Below, piece after piece: positions 1 to 12,551 of a stretch of DNA of 64,000 nucleotides; within the stretch, counting starts at the first letter, position 1; every line of letters begins with the position of its first letter. The notes under the pieces are model-generated. The model made no database searches. It was not told where the DNA came from and saw nothing but the letters and a program-made list of their open reading frames with translations. Source of the DNA: Flectonema sp. DT1601 (taxonomy: Eukaryota); assembly GCA_964019425.1 (NCBI GenBank), contig OZ025796.1, forward strand, positions 558,001 to 622,000. The letters are read 5' to 3'. The translations under genes and the position numbers were made by a program.

Positions 1-990
1 ATACCTGAACATCTCAAGGGAAGTTTATTGGATTTTAGTGCTGGAAAGTTTTTAACTCTCCGTGCGAAAATTCCAGGTCACGGAACTGTCACGAGAACAT
101 ACACCATTTCATCGTCATTTGCTGATAGTCATTTTCGTATCTCAGTAAAGAAAGAAGAAAACGGACTATTTTCTAACTGGATTCACAAAAAACTCGAACC
201 TCACACCGTAATCGACTGCAAGAAACCAGCAGGTGCATTCTTCCTAAAGAGAAACGTGAATCGTGAGAACAGAGAAGTATTATTATTTGCTGGAGGAATT
301 GGTATCACTCCCATGATCTCAATCATACGTCAACAGGTTGCTTGTATTTTGTATGAAATGAAATCCAAAGCGTCACATGGAAAGATAACTTTACTCTATT
401 CTTCAAGAGATGAAACCTTTTTGAAGGAATTACGAGAACTCGAAAAACAATCAAACGGCATCATTAGAATTGTTTTATTCAACACCAGCAGCGGAAACCG
501 AATTACTTCAAAATCAATTAAGAAATACATTAGTGGCGATGTGAATAAAATTGAGGGGTATATCTGTGGTCCAACGGGATTCATGCAAGCTATGTATTTA
601 GAATTACGAAAGCTTGACATCCCCGATGAGAGGATTTTTGACGAAGGGTTTGGTCCAGCGTCAATAAAAAGAGATTCTGATCCGGTGCCTGTTCCTGTTG
701 CTTCAGCTGCGTTGGTTCAGTTCTCAACATCTGACACAGAACATCAGTGGAATAGTAACGGAACTGGGATGACTTTATTAGAGTTAGCAGAATCACGTGG
801 ATTGTCACCTAACTCTGGTTGTCGTTCTGGTAAATGTGGTTCCTGTAAGTACAGATTGGAATCGGGTGTTGTTTCTTATAGAACGAAACCTTTAATCGAC
901 CTCGAAGATTCTGATGTCTTACTTTGCTGCGCAGCACCTGCTGCTGTCAAAGGAGAATCACTTCCGAAAGTTATCATCGGAGGATTGTAA
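1..990 (+). CDS. 5'-partial flavin oxidoreductase: FNR-type FAD and NAD binding domains plus C-terminal 2Fe-2S ferredoxin
   Basis: Frame is open from base 1. Motifs RTYTISS (FAD), AGGIGITPM and YICGPTGFM (NAD), CRSGKCGSC...C (2Fe-2S). No intron in this part. Confidence 0.9.
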   Translation: MPEHLKGSLLDFSAGKFLTLRAKIPGHGTVTRTYTISSSFADSHFRISVKKEENGLFSNWIHKKLEPHTVIDCKKPAGAFFLKRNVNRENREVLLFAGGIGITPMISIIRQQVACILYEMKSKASHGKITLLYSSRDETFLKELRELEKQSNGIIRIVLFNTSSGNRITSKSIKKYISGDVNKIEGYICGPTGFMQAMYLELRKLDIPDERIFDEGFGPASIKRDSDPVPVPVASAALVQFSTSDTEHQWNSNGTGMTLLELAESRGLSPNSGCRSGKCGSCKYRLESGVVSYRTKPLIDLEDSDVLLCCAAPAAVKGESLPKVIIGGL

Positions 991-2591
991 TCATTTCAAT
1001 ACTTTCTTAGAAGTTGTGTTGAGTTACACATTGCGACTGTCAATTCTCTTTCTCTGAACGAAGCCTAGGGCTCACCTACAAGGGAGGATTTGCCAAGGGA
1101 TCCTCTCGCAATGCAGGCCCAGTAGGAAAATGATCATGAGAAGGGAAAAGTAAAAAAAAAAACCCGCATCCGATTTCTGGTTCCGTTATTTTATATTTTA
1201 TTGACGTGCATATCGAAGGCAGACCCTTATTTAGTTAAGTTCTCGCGCGCGCTGATTGCTGTTTTGTTTTCCAAATGTATAAAAAAAGAAGTAAAATTAA
1301 ATTAAAAGTCAGCAGTTAGTCAAAAGGAAGGAAGTTCCACACAAGTTATAAATTACAAACAAGGTCACTTCTATCTGTTTTAACGATTATTTGGTATGGG
1401 AACCATGCCTTCGCTGTTTAAATAAATTACATTGTTGGGAAATATTTGAAAAATTCTCTTTTCTTTCGTTTTATCTTTTCTTCTTACTGTTCTTTAAGAG
1501 TTCGAAGGTGATCCATGCAAACGTCACTTGCTTCTTTTCAAAAAAAAAAAAAAAATCCAGTCTGTTTTTGTCGCCAGGTAAGACCTGGGGATGTTAAACT
1601 CTACTTCCTCTCTATTTTACAATGTTTACAATTTAAGGAAAGTTGGTGGCGTGTTTCTGTGAGCAAGCTGCGAGAAGGTTCTCTCACAGCTATTACTAAC
1701 CTCTTCGAGATGTGAGGATGAGATACTTGCTTCGGCTGGATTTTCAAAAAGAGAATCCGATTGCAAGTCTCTATTCTCTTTGTCGTTGGGTTTTGTGAAG
1801 CAGACAACGCACCCCTTCACTGTTGATTTTCAAAAAGAGAATCGGTTTATTCCTTCTTTGTAAGAGCAGCTTCTTCGTCAAGCGAACCGTTCTTTTATTA
1901 TTCTCTCGTAGTATGCTGTGCTGATGAAGGGAATTACTTCCCTCTTTTTTTCTTCTTCTTGTTCCTTTTCCTGAACAAGCGTGTTTTATTAAATTCGCAG
2001 CACGTGTAATCTTTCTAGCTCACAAGTAGTAATTGGCTTCTTGTAAAGCCATAATTTTATTATTTTTTTTTTTCTATTATTTATAAAAACTTGTAAAGTC
2101 TGACATTCTTCTAATGCAGTTGTCCACTGACAACAAGTAATATTAAAAAAGACCAAAGCAGTCCTTTCTGACTCTAATTAACACCGAAGGATCCTTCACG
2201 GAATTATTCTGACTAAGGTAAATTGTTGAACATGTTTTTTTTTTTAAATTCCTTTCAAAAATATGAGGAAAACAAAACAATGAAGGCCAAAAGAATTCTC
2301 TTATTTCCCCCCTCTTTTCCCCTGTTGTTTTCTTTGCACGTGACAGCATAATGTCAAAGCAAAATAATAATAACAAATACAATAATAACAAAAGAACAAT
2401 AACTACAACAAGAAAGTACCTTTCCCTGCTTGTCTTGGTCTGTTTTCCACATTTCATTCAAATGGCAATGCAGTGGTCGGAGAGCTCCGTCGTGTTCTTC
2501 CAATCAGAACCTGACCACATTCTGTTATAGATAAATTTTATAATACTTAGTTCTTATGATTATTATTTAGGGCCTATCGCTATATCTCAAA

Positions 2592-3948
2592 ATGGGGAAG
2601 AATTTCGTAGTCCTCACGGCCGGCAAGAAAGACGAGGGTAAGATGAAGGTGATCAACGCAGCGGCGAGGCTGCTCGGAGGAAAGGTTGAGGCAGGTGAAG
2701 TTGATGTCCAAAGTGAAACATACCGCCAGGCAGTATCATGCTGTGGAACCAGTCCAGCTCTTCACAGTGCCGCAGGTTACATTAGTGGAGTGAACAGCAT
2801 TGTTAGATACATGGATGAGGATGCAGGAAGAACTGCTGCCAGTTCTGGTAGAATTAATTCATGGTTGGAGTTTACATCAACAGAAGTTGATCCAGTCACT
2901 GAGACTTTGGAAAAACCAACTCCAGAACACTCTCTTCGCATTAATAACATTCTCATCGGAGTGAACTCTTGGCTTGAGTGCCGTACCTTCCTTGTTGACG
3001 AACGCCTCTCCGTCGCTGACATCCGCCTTGCGTTCTCTCTTATTAAATTATACGAGAAAGTGTTGGATCAAAACACTAGAAAGCCATACGCTCACCTTAA
3101 CCGTTGGCTCGATACTATTTTAAATCAGAAGCAGTTCAAGGGAATTATTACTGCAGTCATGTGTGCTAAGTCCCCAGCATGGTTTAAAACTAGCGCCAAG
3201 CCAACTATTACAAAGGGTGCTGGAAAACAGAGTGCCCAACCACAGCAGGGTCAGCAAAGCAAAAAAGACAAGAAAAAGGGAAATGAAGGTGAGAAAAAGG
3301 AAAAACCTGCGTGGAAAAAGGAAAAAGCTCCTCCGGCACCAGCGAAGGTGTTTGACGGTGCCGACATGGACCTCAGAGTTGGTCACATTACTGAAGTGCG
3401 TGCACACCCAAATGCTGACAGCATGTACGTTGAGCTGATCGATGTCGGCGAGGAGAAGCCTCGTGAGATTTGCTCAGGTCTTGTGAAACACATGTCAGCT
3501 GATGATATCAAGGGAAAGAACGTTGTAGTTATGTGCAACCTCAAGCCTGCCTCTCTCAGAGGAATTCTTTCAGCTGGAATGGTAATGTGCTCCACCGGAG
3601 CTGAGGACAAGGTCGCCCTCACTGTCCCTCCAGCAGGTGCCGTTGCCGGGGACAAGCTTGTTCTCGAAAAGTACGACAAAGGTGCTGAGAAAGTGAACCC
3701 TGTATGATAAATATTCTGTTTTTTTTTCCAGCGTAATGATTCTATTATATTATCAATGTGTTTTATTTTTGTCAAAACTTATCACAAAATCCAAATCTAA
3801 TAAACAGATCCCAAAGAAGCAGGTTGATGGTCTTCTTGCTGAGCTTCACACTGATGACAAGGGTTTGGTGTGCTGGAAGGACGATGTTTTTGTTGTGAAG
3901 GGCAAGGGACACTGCTCATCCCCTCACCTAAACGCCAAGGTGAAATAG
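2592..3948 (+). CDS. Arc1/AIMP1-like aminoacyl-tRNA synthetase cofactor (GST-like domain, Lys-rich linker, EMAP-II/OB tRNA-binding domain); intron 3702-3807
   Basis: GST-C-like TFLVDERLSVADI...HLNRW; tRNA-binding DLRVGHI..HPNADSMYVELIDVGEEKPREICSGL..NLKPASLRGILSAGMV. A GTATGA..AAACAG intron joins NP|IPKKQ in frame. Confidence 0.85.
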
Positions 3949-4352
3949 TAGTTGTCGCTAACTAATAAAAAGAAATTTAACTCTTATCCCCGTCTTTTTT
4001 TATTTCATTGTTTTTTTGATTTTGATTTTTTTTTGGTTTTTTTTCGTTCACTGGCGCACGTCATTGCTGCCGGAATGCCATCTCAGGGATGCAAAAGAAA
4101 TGAGCCTCACTTGGTCGGCCTCCTGAAAAAAAAAAGACAGGAAGAGATAAAAAAAGAAGAAAAAACCAAGGAGGAGATCATGAAGGTGGAAGGAAGAAAA
4201 AAAGAAGAGGAACCGTTTTATCGATACTCTTGTTTAAGTGTGAACGTACCGACGTCATTTTGAAAGCATGAAGAAGTTTATCCTTTTTTTCAGAATGGCA
4301 AAAAAAAAATCTTATTTTAATTCATCAAACAGGATATTTAGAAACATACAAT

Positions 4353-5348
4353 ATGGGTTTCATTTGGCACTTTCATGATGATTTGAGTAAAAAAGGATAG
4401 CTTGTATTGTTTGTAATTGGAAATCCCTTTGTTGATATGATCACAGGTACCCTTTCCAATATGTCGGAAATTGTATTGGGACCTACAAGAGATGTGTTTA
4501 GTGAATTGATGTCAGCTGAGGACATGTTAGGCCCTGCAGAACCCCAGTCACCTGCACCACCTCCACCTGCACCACCTCCAATCCTTCCAAGTAAGCGCAG
4601 GATTGTCACTCCAGGGGCTTCTGCAGAGAACCGGGCTGGGATTTCACCAACAAGAGGAATAAAGAAGGAAATTACAGTTGTCAGGGAATTGGGTGAGCCA
4701 ATTGGACTTATTTTAGAACACATGATTGTGCAAGATGTGAGAAAAGATAGTCCTGCAGATCGCTGTGGTGGTGGTGCAGCCATTGGACTCAGACTGACTG
4801 TTATCAACAATCAACCAGTTCAAACAGAACAACAACTACTTGAGATACTAAGTAGTAGTTCTGGATTGTCAATGTTCTCTTTCTTGTTTGAAGAAAGTGG
4901 TCAAGATGCAAGGTGGAGCATGGGCACTCCTTACCACTCTACAAAGACACCCACTCGACTGTACCCCCCAACATATCTACACCCTCCTCCTGAAGGCAGG
5001 ACTGCTCCTCTCCCAACCACAACTTCTCCTCTTCTCCTTGCAGGTGGCTTAGGACTTGGTAGTCCTGATGCACCGTTAGAAGTTCTCTCTGCCCGTGCGA
5101 GGTCTGAAATGGTGTGTTCACGGGCCTATGGTGGCACCGGTCCCCTCTCCTCTGGAATCCCTGGACTGGCTTCTAGAGGTAATACTTATCGAGCTACTGA
5201 CCGCTCACCTTTTAAGTTCCACCCTGAATCACCAGCCATTAGGGAGTACTGGAATGCAGTTACAGAAGTACCAGCACCGATAGGTGTTGGTGATCCTGGT
5301 GTTGGTCTCAGCAACTCAACTCTTCCTCCCTGGGTTGACAATCGATAG
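4353..5348 (+). CDS. Pro-rich protein with a PDZ-like domain; start uncertain (possible exon 4353-4386 and intron 4387-4446, or ATG at 4437/4461)
   Basis: EITVVRELGEPIGLILEHMIVQDVRKDSPADRCG..GLRLTVINNQPV..QLLEIL fits the PDZ pattern. A GT..CACAG intron would join the upstream ATG in frame. Confidence 0.6.
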
Positions 5349-5630
5349 AAGGAATACTCATTCCCCTTTGCTTATCCACTTAAGGTGTTCCTGTATTGTG
5401 AAGAAAGGAGTCCAAGAACTCATTGTTCTATGTTTCTCACATTTTTCAATATTTAAGTTGACGAGTTTACAAACCAATACTCACACTGCAGGAAACAGCA
5501 ATAAGATGTTGGGGTGGTACCGCTGGACCAAAGTTAGTTTATTCAACTTTTAGCAACAGGGTAAATAAATAAATAACAAATAGCGAACCTGCAGACCTTT
5601 TCATAGGATTTAACGTAGGCGGGAAAAATA

Positions 5631-5703
5631 TACAGCTACTCGGGATTGAACCGAGGATCCCTCGCGTGTAAGGCGAGTGTCCTAACCACTAGACGATAGC
5701 TGC
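5631..5703 (-). tRNA. tRNA-Val (TAC), copy 1
   Basis: Reverse complement folds as a 73-nt cloverleaf. Anticodon arm CTCGC-CT-TAC-AC-GCGAG, T arm GGTTCAATCC, T5 terminator just downstream. Confidence 0.97.
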
Positions 5704-5719
5704 TGATATCAGAATTCTG

Positions 5720-5890
5720 TTTTTTATTTATTCTGATTTCTTCTTCTTCTCCTCCCTCGAGTTCGACAACCTTTTTCGTAAAAGTCGTGAAAAAAAATCA
5801 CATTTGCGAAATTGCCAATCCCTACGAAAGAAAGTTGTCCACCAGGACTCGAGCTTGACCCAGAAGTTTGGCTTGCGGCGGTTTTTTGTT
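5720..5890 (-). repeat. A-tailed repeat E upstream of tRNA-Val copy 1 (far boundary unknown)
   Basis: TTTTTTATTTATTCTGATTTCTTCTTCTTCTCCTCCCTCGAGTTCGACAA recurs at ~6835-6883 and, diverged, at ~6902-7060. It has a (TAAA)n-A tail on the - strand, like family A. Confidence 0.5.
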
Positions 5891-6309
5891 TGTGCTTACC
5901 AAGCTGGAAGAGTGCAAGCTTGCGTCCGCCAAATTCTTGCCAAGGGGAGCACCTAACAAAAGCCCGCCTGTCCCGTACAAAGTCCAACCCGAAAAAACAA
6001 ATTTGCTACTGATGGAGGGCCACATGACGAAGGTTCTGAGTCACGAAACCTAAATCGATGATGAGGATCGTTAAGCCACATTTCTAAAGGTCAGGCTTTT
6101 ACAAACGTGAGAATTTCTGTTCTCGATGGTCGAATATGCCTGACAAAAATTAGCACAGTAACAGTTTAAAGTGATCGATCACACGGGAGGGGTCTTGGTG
6201 ATTTATTGCAACGGGATACCCTTGAACTTGATTTTTTCATCTCGAAGCATGTTGAGGAAACAAACAAAGAACATAATAAAGCATTTGATTTAATTAAAAG
6301 TGAAAAATA

Positions 6310-6382
6310 TACAGCTACTCGGGATTGAACCGAGGATCCCTCGCGTGTAAGGCGAGTGTCCTAACCACTAGACGATAGCTGC
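6310..6382 (-). tRNA. tRNA-Val (TAC), copy 2
   Basis: Identical to 5631-5703, with the same immediate flanks (GAAAAATA and TGATATC). Confidence 0.97.
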
Positions 6383-6389
6383 TGATATC

Positions 6390-6811
6390 TTTTTCTTTTT
6401 TTTTTTCTTTTGGTTACACTCGTTTGTGCTTCCAGACTCTTTGTTTTTGTTCTTTTCACTTCTTTGTTTTGTCTTTCTTATTTACTTTCTTTTGGTTTAA
6501 GTCTGACAAATTGGAAAACACGGGAAACATAGGTAGGCTCCGCCTGAGGACGTAAGAAGAGCGGCAACGGAAAAATAAATGGTCACGCGTCCTTGAAATT
6601 GGACACATGAAGCTAATTCGGTTACCATTCCTACCATCGATAAGGAAAACAAAGAATCGAGCATATAACTAGAGCGGTGGTCAAAGACCACTTGAACAGC
6701 CCGAAGGCCTGCCCTCAAGAGAAATTAATAAGGAGAATAGGAGAAGAAGGAGAAAGGAGTATTGGAAGGGACACTGAGACAACACCGAAGGTGATGTGCA
6801 GTTACCCAACC
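6390..6811 (-). mobile_element. 5'-truncated 3' UTR fragment of non-LTR family B, 7 bp upstream of tRNA-Val
   Basis: Near-identical to 48146-48564. Poly-A tail faces the tRNA. ATATC is duplicated at 6385-6389 and 6813-6817. Confidence 0.9.
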
Positions 6812-6822
6812 TATATCAGTTC

Positions 6823-7060
6823 TTTTTTTTTTTTTTTTTATTTATTCTGATTTCTTCTTCTTCTCCTCCCTCGAGTTCGACAAAAGGCAAAAAATCTCTT
6901 GTTTTTTATTAATTCTGATATTTCTTTTGTTTTTTTCTTTTTCTCCCCCCTCGAACTCGACAACTTTTTAAAAAAAATTCATTGGGCAGATACTTCACCG
7001 ATAGATAAACCGCCTGCAATAAGAAAAGGTTTGCAACAGAAGTTGTTTCTGCGGGTTTTT
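6823..7060 (-). repeat. Two further stacked copies of the repeat E tail (short near-identical copy, then a diverged copy)
   Basis: Direct similarity to 5720-5890; each copy begins with a T run. Confidence 0.5.
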
Positions 7061-7171
7061 GAAGTACCGCAGGGTAATCAGCAATGAACCAAGCACTCGA
7101 TCTGGAACCTTCGATTACTGCTACTTTTCTGAACCCAGGAGCTCGATGTTTCTTGCTTACCAAAATAGAAC

Positions 7172-8656
7172 ATGAGTAGCAACATGCGAAGGGTAGTCTG
7201 TGCGATGATTGCTGTGTGGATAGCTATTTGGTTAATTATCGGAGGGAGGTGGGAGGGAGACGAGCCAGACTCGTCAGTTCAGTCGATTAAACCAACACTT
7301 AAACAAAAAGTATCACAGTTCAGCAGGATCTCTACAACCGATGATCCGATCTCCATCGATGTGGCGGACTACAAAGACCCGGGCGAGGAACCTATTTTGG
7401 AGCAGGGAAAGACCCAGGCAGTATACGCCGAAATCATGTCAGCGTACGAGATATCACGGCTTAATCACATACGAGCGTACGAGGCGAAAAATAGATCTCG
7501 TGATAAATTGTATAAGTGCCTCTCGGATGGCAGAATGTCCTCACCTTTGGATGACAATTCCAGTAGCTGGGAATCCCGCACCCCGGAGCACCTTAGAAAT
7601 TCCCGACATCAGTTGCCGTTGACAAAAGAAGTTCAGGAGGCGATTTGGAAATGGCAACATCCTCAAAGCTGTAAGGCTTCTAGATTCCTAGTGTGGAGGT
7701 TGTGGAATGCGGGTTTGGGAGCAGATTTGCACACCCTGGCCCAGGCTTTATCATTCGCTATGTCAACCAATCGAATTCTGATAATCGACACTTCAGCAGT
7801 GTGGTGGTACGCAATGGATAGACACCCCGCAACACTTGAGTGCTTTTTTGTTCCTCCAAGTAATTGTTCTCTGTCTGACATTGGGAATCTTAATGAAATA
7901 GACATCTTGGAACCTACGTTTAAATACAACGACAAGAAGAAAAACATGATTGCATTCGGTAGGAGAAGTGTCGAGGAGGGTGGTGCAACAACTGTTGCGA
8001 ACCCTCTAAGGTCTTACGGAGATGTGGCGAACAGTTGGAAAAGTATTCCTCGTCAAGAATGGAAGGAATATGGATACCAGTGGTGGATGTCTCAAAGTAT
8101 TCGTTATTTACTTCGTACAATGCAGCCTTGGTTTATAGAAAAGTATCATCACTGGGTTCGTGTTACGTTCCCAGATGGTATCCCAAAGAAGATTATAGGA
8201 ATTCACGTTCGACACGGTGACAAGTACAAAGAAATGCGTCTACTGAGCTTCTCTAAATACATGAGCATTGCTGAAGACCTCAGACGTAAGGACCCAGAAC
8301 TGACTTCAATATTTTTATCAACTGAAGACCCCTCAGTTATAAAAGAAGCATCGGAATATTCTATTAACGTCTGGAAGTTCTACTTCACTAACAACATTAG
8401 AAGCAACGAAGGCTCTCCTCGAGAATATGCACTACTAATAGGGACATCACTCCTTGGGGAGATATCTTTCGTTAATCTCTTTATTCAAGAACAGTGTTCA
8501 CATTGGATTGGTACTGATAGTTCAAACTGGAATAGATTGATTAATGAGCTTAGGCTGACTTCTGGGAAATACAACAACACCTACGTTCAGATTAATAAGC
8601 AAAGGTGTCATGGTACTCCTGGTCTTGAGACTAATGGTTGGATAAAAGGTTGTTGA
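7172..8656 (+). CDS. Type II membrane glycosyltransferase, alpha-1,6-fucosyltransferase-like (GT23)
   Basis: N-terminal transmembrane helix. Motifs WQHPQSC, GLGADLH, IGIHVRHGDK, IFLSTED, IGTDSSNWNRL. Confidence 0.85.
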   Translation: MSSNMRRVVCAMIAVWIAIWLIIGGRWEGDEPDSSVQSIKPTLKQKVSQFSRISTTDDPISIDVADYKDPGEEPILEQGKTQAVYAEIMSAYEISRLNHIRAYEAKNRSRDKLYKCLSDGRMSSPLDDNSSSWESRTPEHLRNSRHQLPLTKEVQEAIWKWQHPQSCKASRFLVWRLWNAGLGADLHTLAQALSFAMSTNRILIIDTSAVWWYAMDRHPATLECFFVPPSNCSLSDIGNLNEIDILEPTFKYNDKKKNMIAFGRRSVEEGGATTVANPLRSYGDVANSWKSIPRQEWKEYGYQWWMSQSIRYLLRTMQPWFIEKYHHWVRVTFPDGIPKKIIGIHVRHGDKYKEMRLLSFSKYMSIAEDLRRKDPELTSIFLSTEDPSVIKEASEYSINVWKFYFTNNIRSNEGSPREYALLIGTSLLGEISFVNLFIQEQCSHWIGTDSSNWNRLINELRLTSGKYNNTYVQINKQRCHGTPGLETNGWIKGC

Positions 8657-8806
8657 TATTTAAGTCTTTGTTATCGTTAACAGTTGTTTTTATCAATTTA
8701 CTTACGGCGGAATAAATATAAATTGTGTTTGGAATTAGTTGACTTAACTTTCTTACCAACTTCTTCCTCCCTTCAGAACTCTACAAATGCAAATCCGGTA
8801 ACGAAA

Positions 8807-11800
8807 ATGAGTTTTGCCTTCTGTCCTTTATGTAATGTGCAGTGCCCAGATGCAGCTGCTCATGAGAACGGCAAGAAGCACAAGTCCAAGATGGCTAAGG
8901 CGGCAACTGTAGGTTTTGCCTTGCCGGGGATGGTGTATGGAGTAAAAGCTGCACAGAATAACGCGAAGGCACAAAATCCTAACATGCCGGAATTGATGAA
9001 AGAGAAACCTGTCACAAATGGAAAAACTGATATCTACTGTGAACTTTGTAACTTATGGGTTACTGGTAAACAAACTTATGCGTCTCACTTGGAAGGTCGC
9101 AAACACGAGAAGAACCTCAAGAGGGGTGGAGTCAAGCTCATCCTTCCCCAGAATGAACCAGTGTACGCAAATGAAGAACATCGAGCAGAGCAGGAGTACT
9201 TCAAGAATCAATACGTCTGCCTTCTACAAGATGTCATGTGTTACATTGCTCACATGAGGAGTCTTATTACTGCTGAGTACGACTTGGATTTGGTATGTTT
9301 ATTTATTCAACTTCCCCTTTGAGGATAACCACAAGTATGAATTCTGAATGAGTTGAGTTAACCGACGATACCTGACAATGTGTTTGGAGGTCTAATAAAA
9401 TAAAAACAACAGCAAACATGCCATTCTCGGATACGTGATTGGCCTATTGGTAAACTACAAGCTGAGGGTTATGCTGTTGTTGGTGCTACTTGTTCTGATA
9501 GTGACATCCCAAAGAAAGAAGCGATGTTTTCAATTCCTTCAATGCAAGGATCTCTAAGTGAAGTAGCAGTTGGTAGTCAGGTTTACGTTACACCAGTTGA
9601 ATCTATTGGTGTGGATGTTCACAATAGTAGAGTGTCTATGGTAGGTGAAGTTGTACTCGTATTAAGAGGAAGTATTTTAATAAAAGGGTTGACTTCTGGT
9701 AAACGTCCAGTAGTAATATCAAAGAACAGCGCTTACAGAATTGATGCTGGCGCTTCTCCTATTCCAACAGAGCGCATGCGTGGAGCGCTTCATTGCATTT
9801 TATCTTCGCATCAAGCGAAGTTACGAGAATTAGGAATCAACAATGAAATTAATGAAAGTGACTACTTTATGAGAGATGCTCTCGACTGCGATACTTTTGG
9901 AGATTTAGAAGGTGGAGTTAATCCTTGTGGTATCCTTGAACCATTCTCATTATTATCATGGTGTGTGTATCATGATGTACAAAGTTCAGTTAACACTTCT
10001 CGTAGTCTAATCGCTACTCGATTTGGAGCTCTTACAAGTTCATCGATTCCTCACCTGCCATCTGACGGACGTTCAAATATGAAGAATCTCGGAACACAAC
10101 CAAAGCCGACCGACATTGTTGCAGCAGCTAACGCTCAGCATCCACTTCTGTCACAGCATATAAAGAGTGAGGTTGCGTATCCACAACCGGGTGACATTTC
10201 AGAGTCACTCTCGCACCTCAACCCCTCTCAGGTAGCAGCTGTTGGGATTACTATCAATGAGTGCCGACAGCTCACTTTAATTCAGGGACCTCCTGGAACT
10301 GGTAAAACTACCACCGCCATCGCTACTATAACGGAATGGGTGAAACACAGAAAAGGTTTGTTTTTAACTTTTTCTTGTTTAGTAGATTCACTCGACTGTC
10401 AATTAATCTTTCTTTTTAATATTCCCAAAACAGGTAATATTCTCGCCACGGCACACAGCAATGCTGGTGTAGATAATCTAATGGAAGGACTTCTTCGGAG
10501 GGGGGTTCGTTGCCTGCGGGTAGGCAGGAGCTCTTCTGCAGCGTTAGATGAGCATTCGTTAGAGACGGTGTTGCGCGAAGATCCATCGAATCACAGAAGA
10601 CAAATGATTCAGATTCAGGTATGTGTACAGTTGTTTTATTATGAGGAGGATATTTGTTCAAGATAATAATAAAAAACAATACAATCAGATTGAGGATCTC
10701 CGAAACCGTGTTGAGCAACCCTTTGCGGATAAGTGTTCACTTTATAAACAGATAAAAGAATTACAGAAGGAGGTTAAGCAATCGTATCTAAAGCAAAATG
10801 CAGTTCGCACAGCTATCCAAAATGTTGATGTTGTCTGTGCGACTTGTATTGGAGCTGGTTCACAAGTACTGACGGGAATTAACTTTCCTTTCGTTCTATT
10901 TGATGAAGCAACTCAGGCGACAGAACCAGCAGCATTAGTACCACTAATGCGAGGTGCTGTTCAAGTAGTTATGATAGGTGACCAGGCACAACTTCCTCCT
11001 ACTGTCCTTTCTCAAGAAGCATCACACAATGGTATGGCGTGATTCCTTTTTTATTTTTATTTTCTTTATTAATGTTTACAAACGATGAAGACACGTGTTA
11101 ACACTTTGGTCATTCTTCAAAGTTCAATCCTTACGAAAACGCTGTACATACCACCGGTCTGGTCACAAGTACCTGGTCACGGAGCTTTATCAGTGTGAGA
11201 AAAGTGTTCTGTTGGGATCTTTCCCTATCCTTCTGTTATCTTTTTGTTTCTCAAGTTGATTCAAATCAATGAAATAAAAACAAAACAGGTTTAGACGTTT
11301 CGTTATTCGATAGATTACTCGGTCTTGGAGCTCCATCACATTTATTAGATACGCAATACAGAATGCATCCGGTCATATCAAAGTTCTCAAATAATCTATT
11401 TTATCGAGGCAATCTTCATGATGGTCTCACACCTCAAGACAGAGAGCTTCCACTTGGGAGTCTTCCAGGTGATGAACCTGTTGTTTTTATTAATGTGTTT
11501 GGAAGGGAACAGCAACAGGGAACGTCGAAATGCAATTCTAAAGAAGCTCACACAGTCGCAGACATTCTCGGATACATTGGAAGAAAGAGTGTGTCGTGGG
11601 AGGAAATTGGAATCATAACTCCGTACTCGTATGTTATTAATTGATTCGTTGTTTTTAGTATGTACCTCTCCTCGATTACATTCAGAGAAACACTTAAATA
11701 ATTACAGCGCTCAAGTTCGAACCATTCGAAGTGAAGTAGGTCGCAGATTTCAAGAGGAAGGTCGTCGAGTTGAAGTTTCTTCTGTGGATGGATTTCAAGG

Positions 11801-12551
11801 TCGAGAGAAAGATATTGTAATCTTATCCCTTGTGAGGACTTCACATCTTTCTGACAGTAGTTTTGTATCTGAGTGGAGAAGAACGAACGTCTCTCTAACG
11901 AGAGCGAGATACGGCGTCATCGTAGTTGGTTGTTGTAGTGCTATGCTTGAGGTTTGATTTTCATTTTTATTTATTTTTTAATCAACACTTGTCTGAAGTA
12001 CTTCAATTAATAATTAATAACAACAACAGAGTAGTCTCTGGTACGATTGGCTTCAGATGTTCAACAGTCGATGCTTTAAGTTTGAGGGTTCAAAATTTGG
12101 TACTGATGCAGGTACAATGAGACAAATCGTATGTGACTTTAATTTATTGTTTCTCTGGGAGAACCGCAAAGATGGTTTATTTAAAAAAGAAAATTAAAAA
12201 TAGGTAAGCCAGCCTCCACGTTTTGCTCCTGCACCGCAGCAGATGTCGTACCCGCCTGTTCCGGATGTACCTCCGACCGTTCCTTATGATCCTAACCAGG
12301 AGGGTTATGGGCAGGTTTACTTTTCTAATTTTGTGACAGATACTGCGACTTTTGTTGACCCGAGTTCGTACACTCCAGCTCCCTTTACTGCGCCTCCAGT
12401 TGCATTGGAGTCGTTACAGAGTTCTTCAGGGTTAGCACCACTTAATGGAGTGATGCTAATGAATGAAATGTCACATCCTATTCATAAATATGAAAGAGAT
12501 GACGACAATTGTTGGGAACCCAGACAACCTGTGAAACGTCAGAAAGGATAA
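8807..12551 (+). CDS. UPF1/IGHMBP2-like SF1 helicase with two N-terminal C2H2 (matrin/U1-type) zinc fingers; about 7 introns
   Basis: CPLC..HENGKKH and [76 protein letters not shown]. Introns include 9293-9412 and 10356-10433. Confidence 0.9.

Noticed and set aside
1737..1850. Imperfect ~25-bp direct repeat GATTTTCAAAAA(A)GAGAATC
   Set aside because: Only two copies with no associated element; probably a local duplication.
10356..10433. Hydrophobic insertion in the helicase core
   Set aside because: It is a 78-nt in-frame GT-AG intron that the ORF track reads through.
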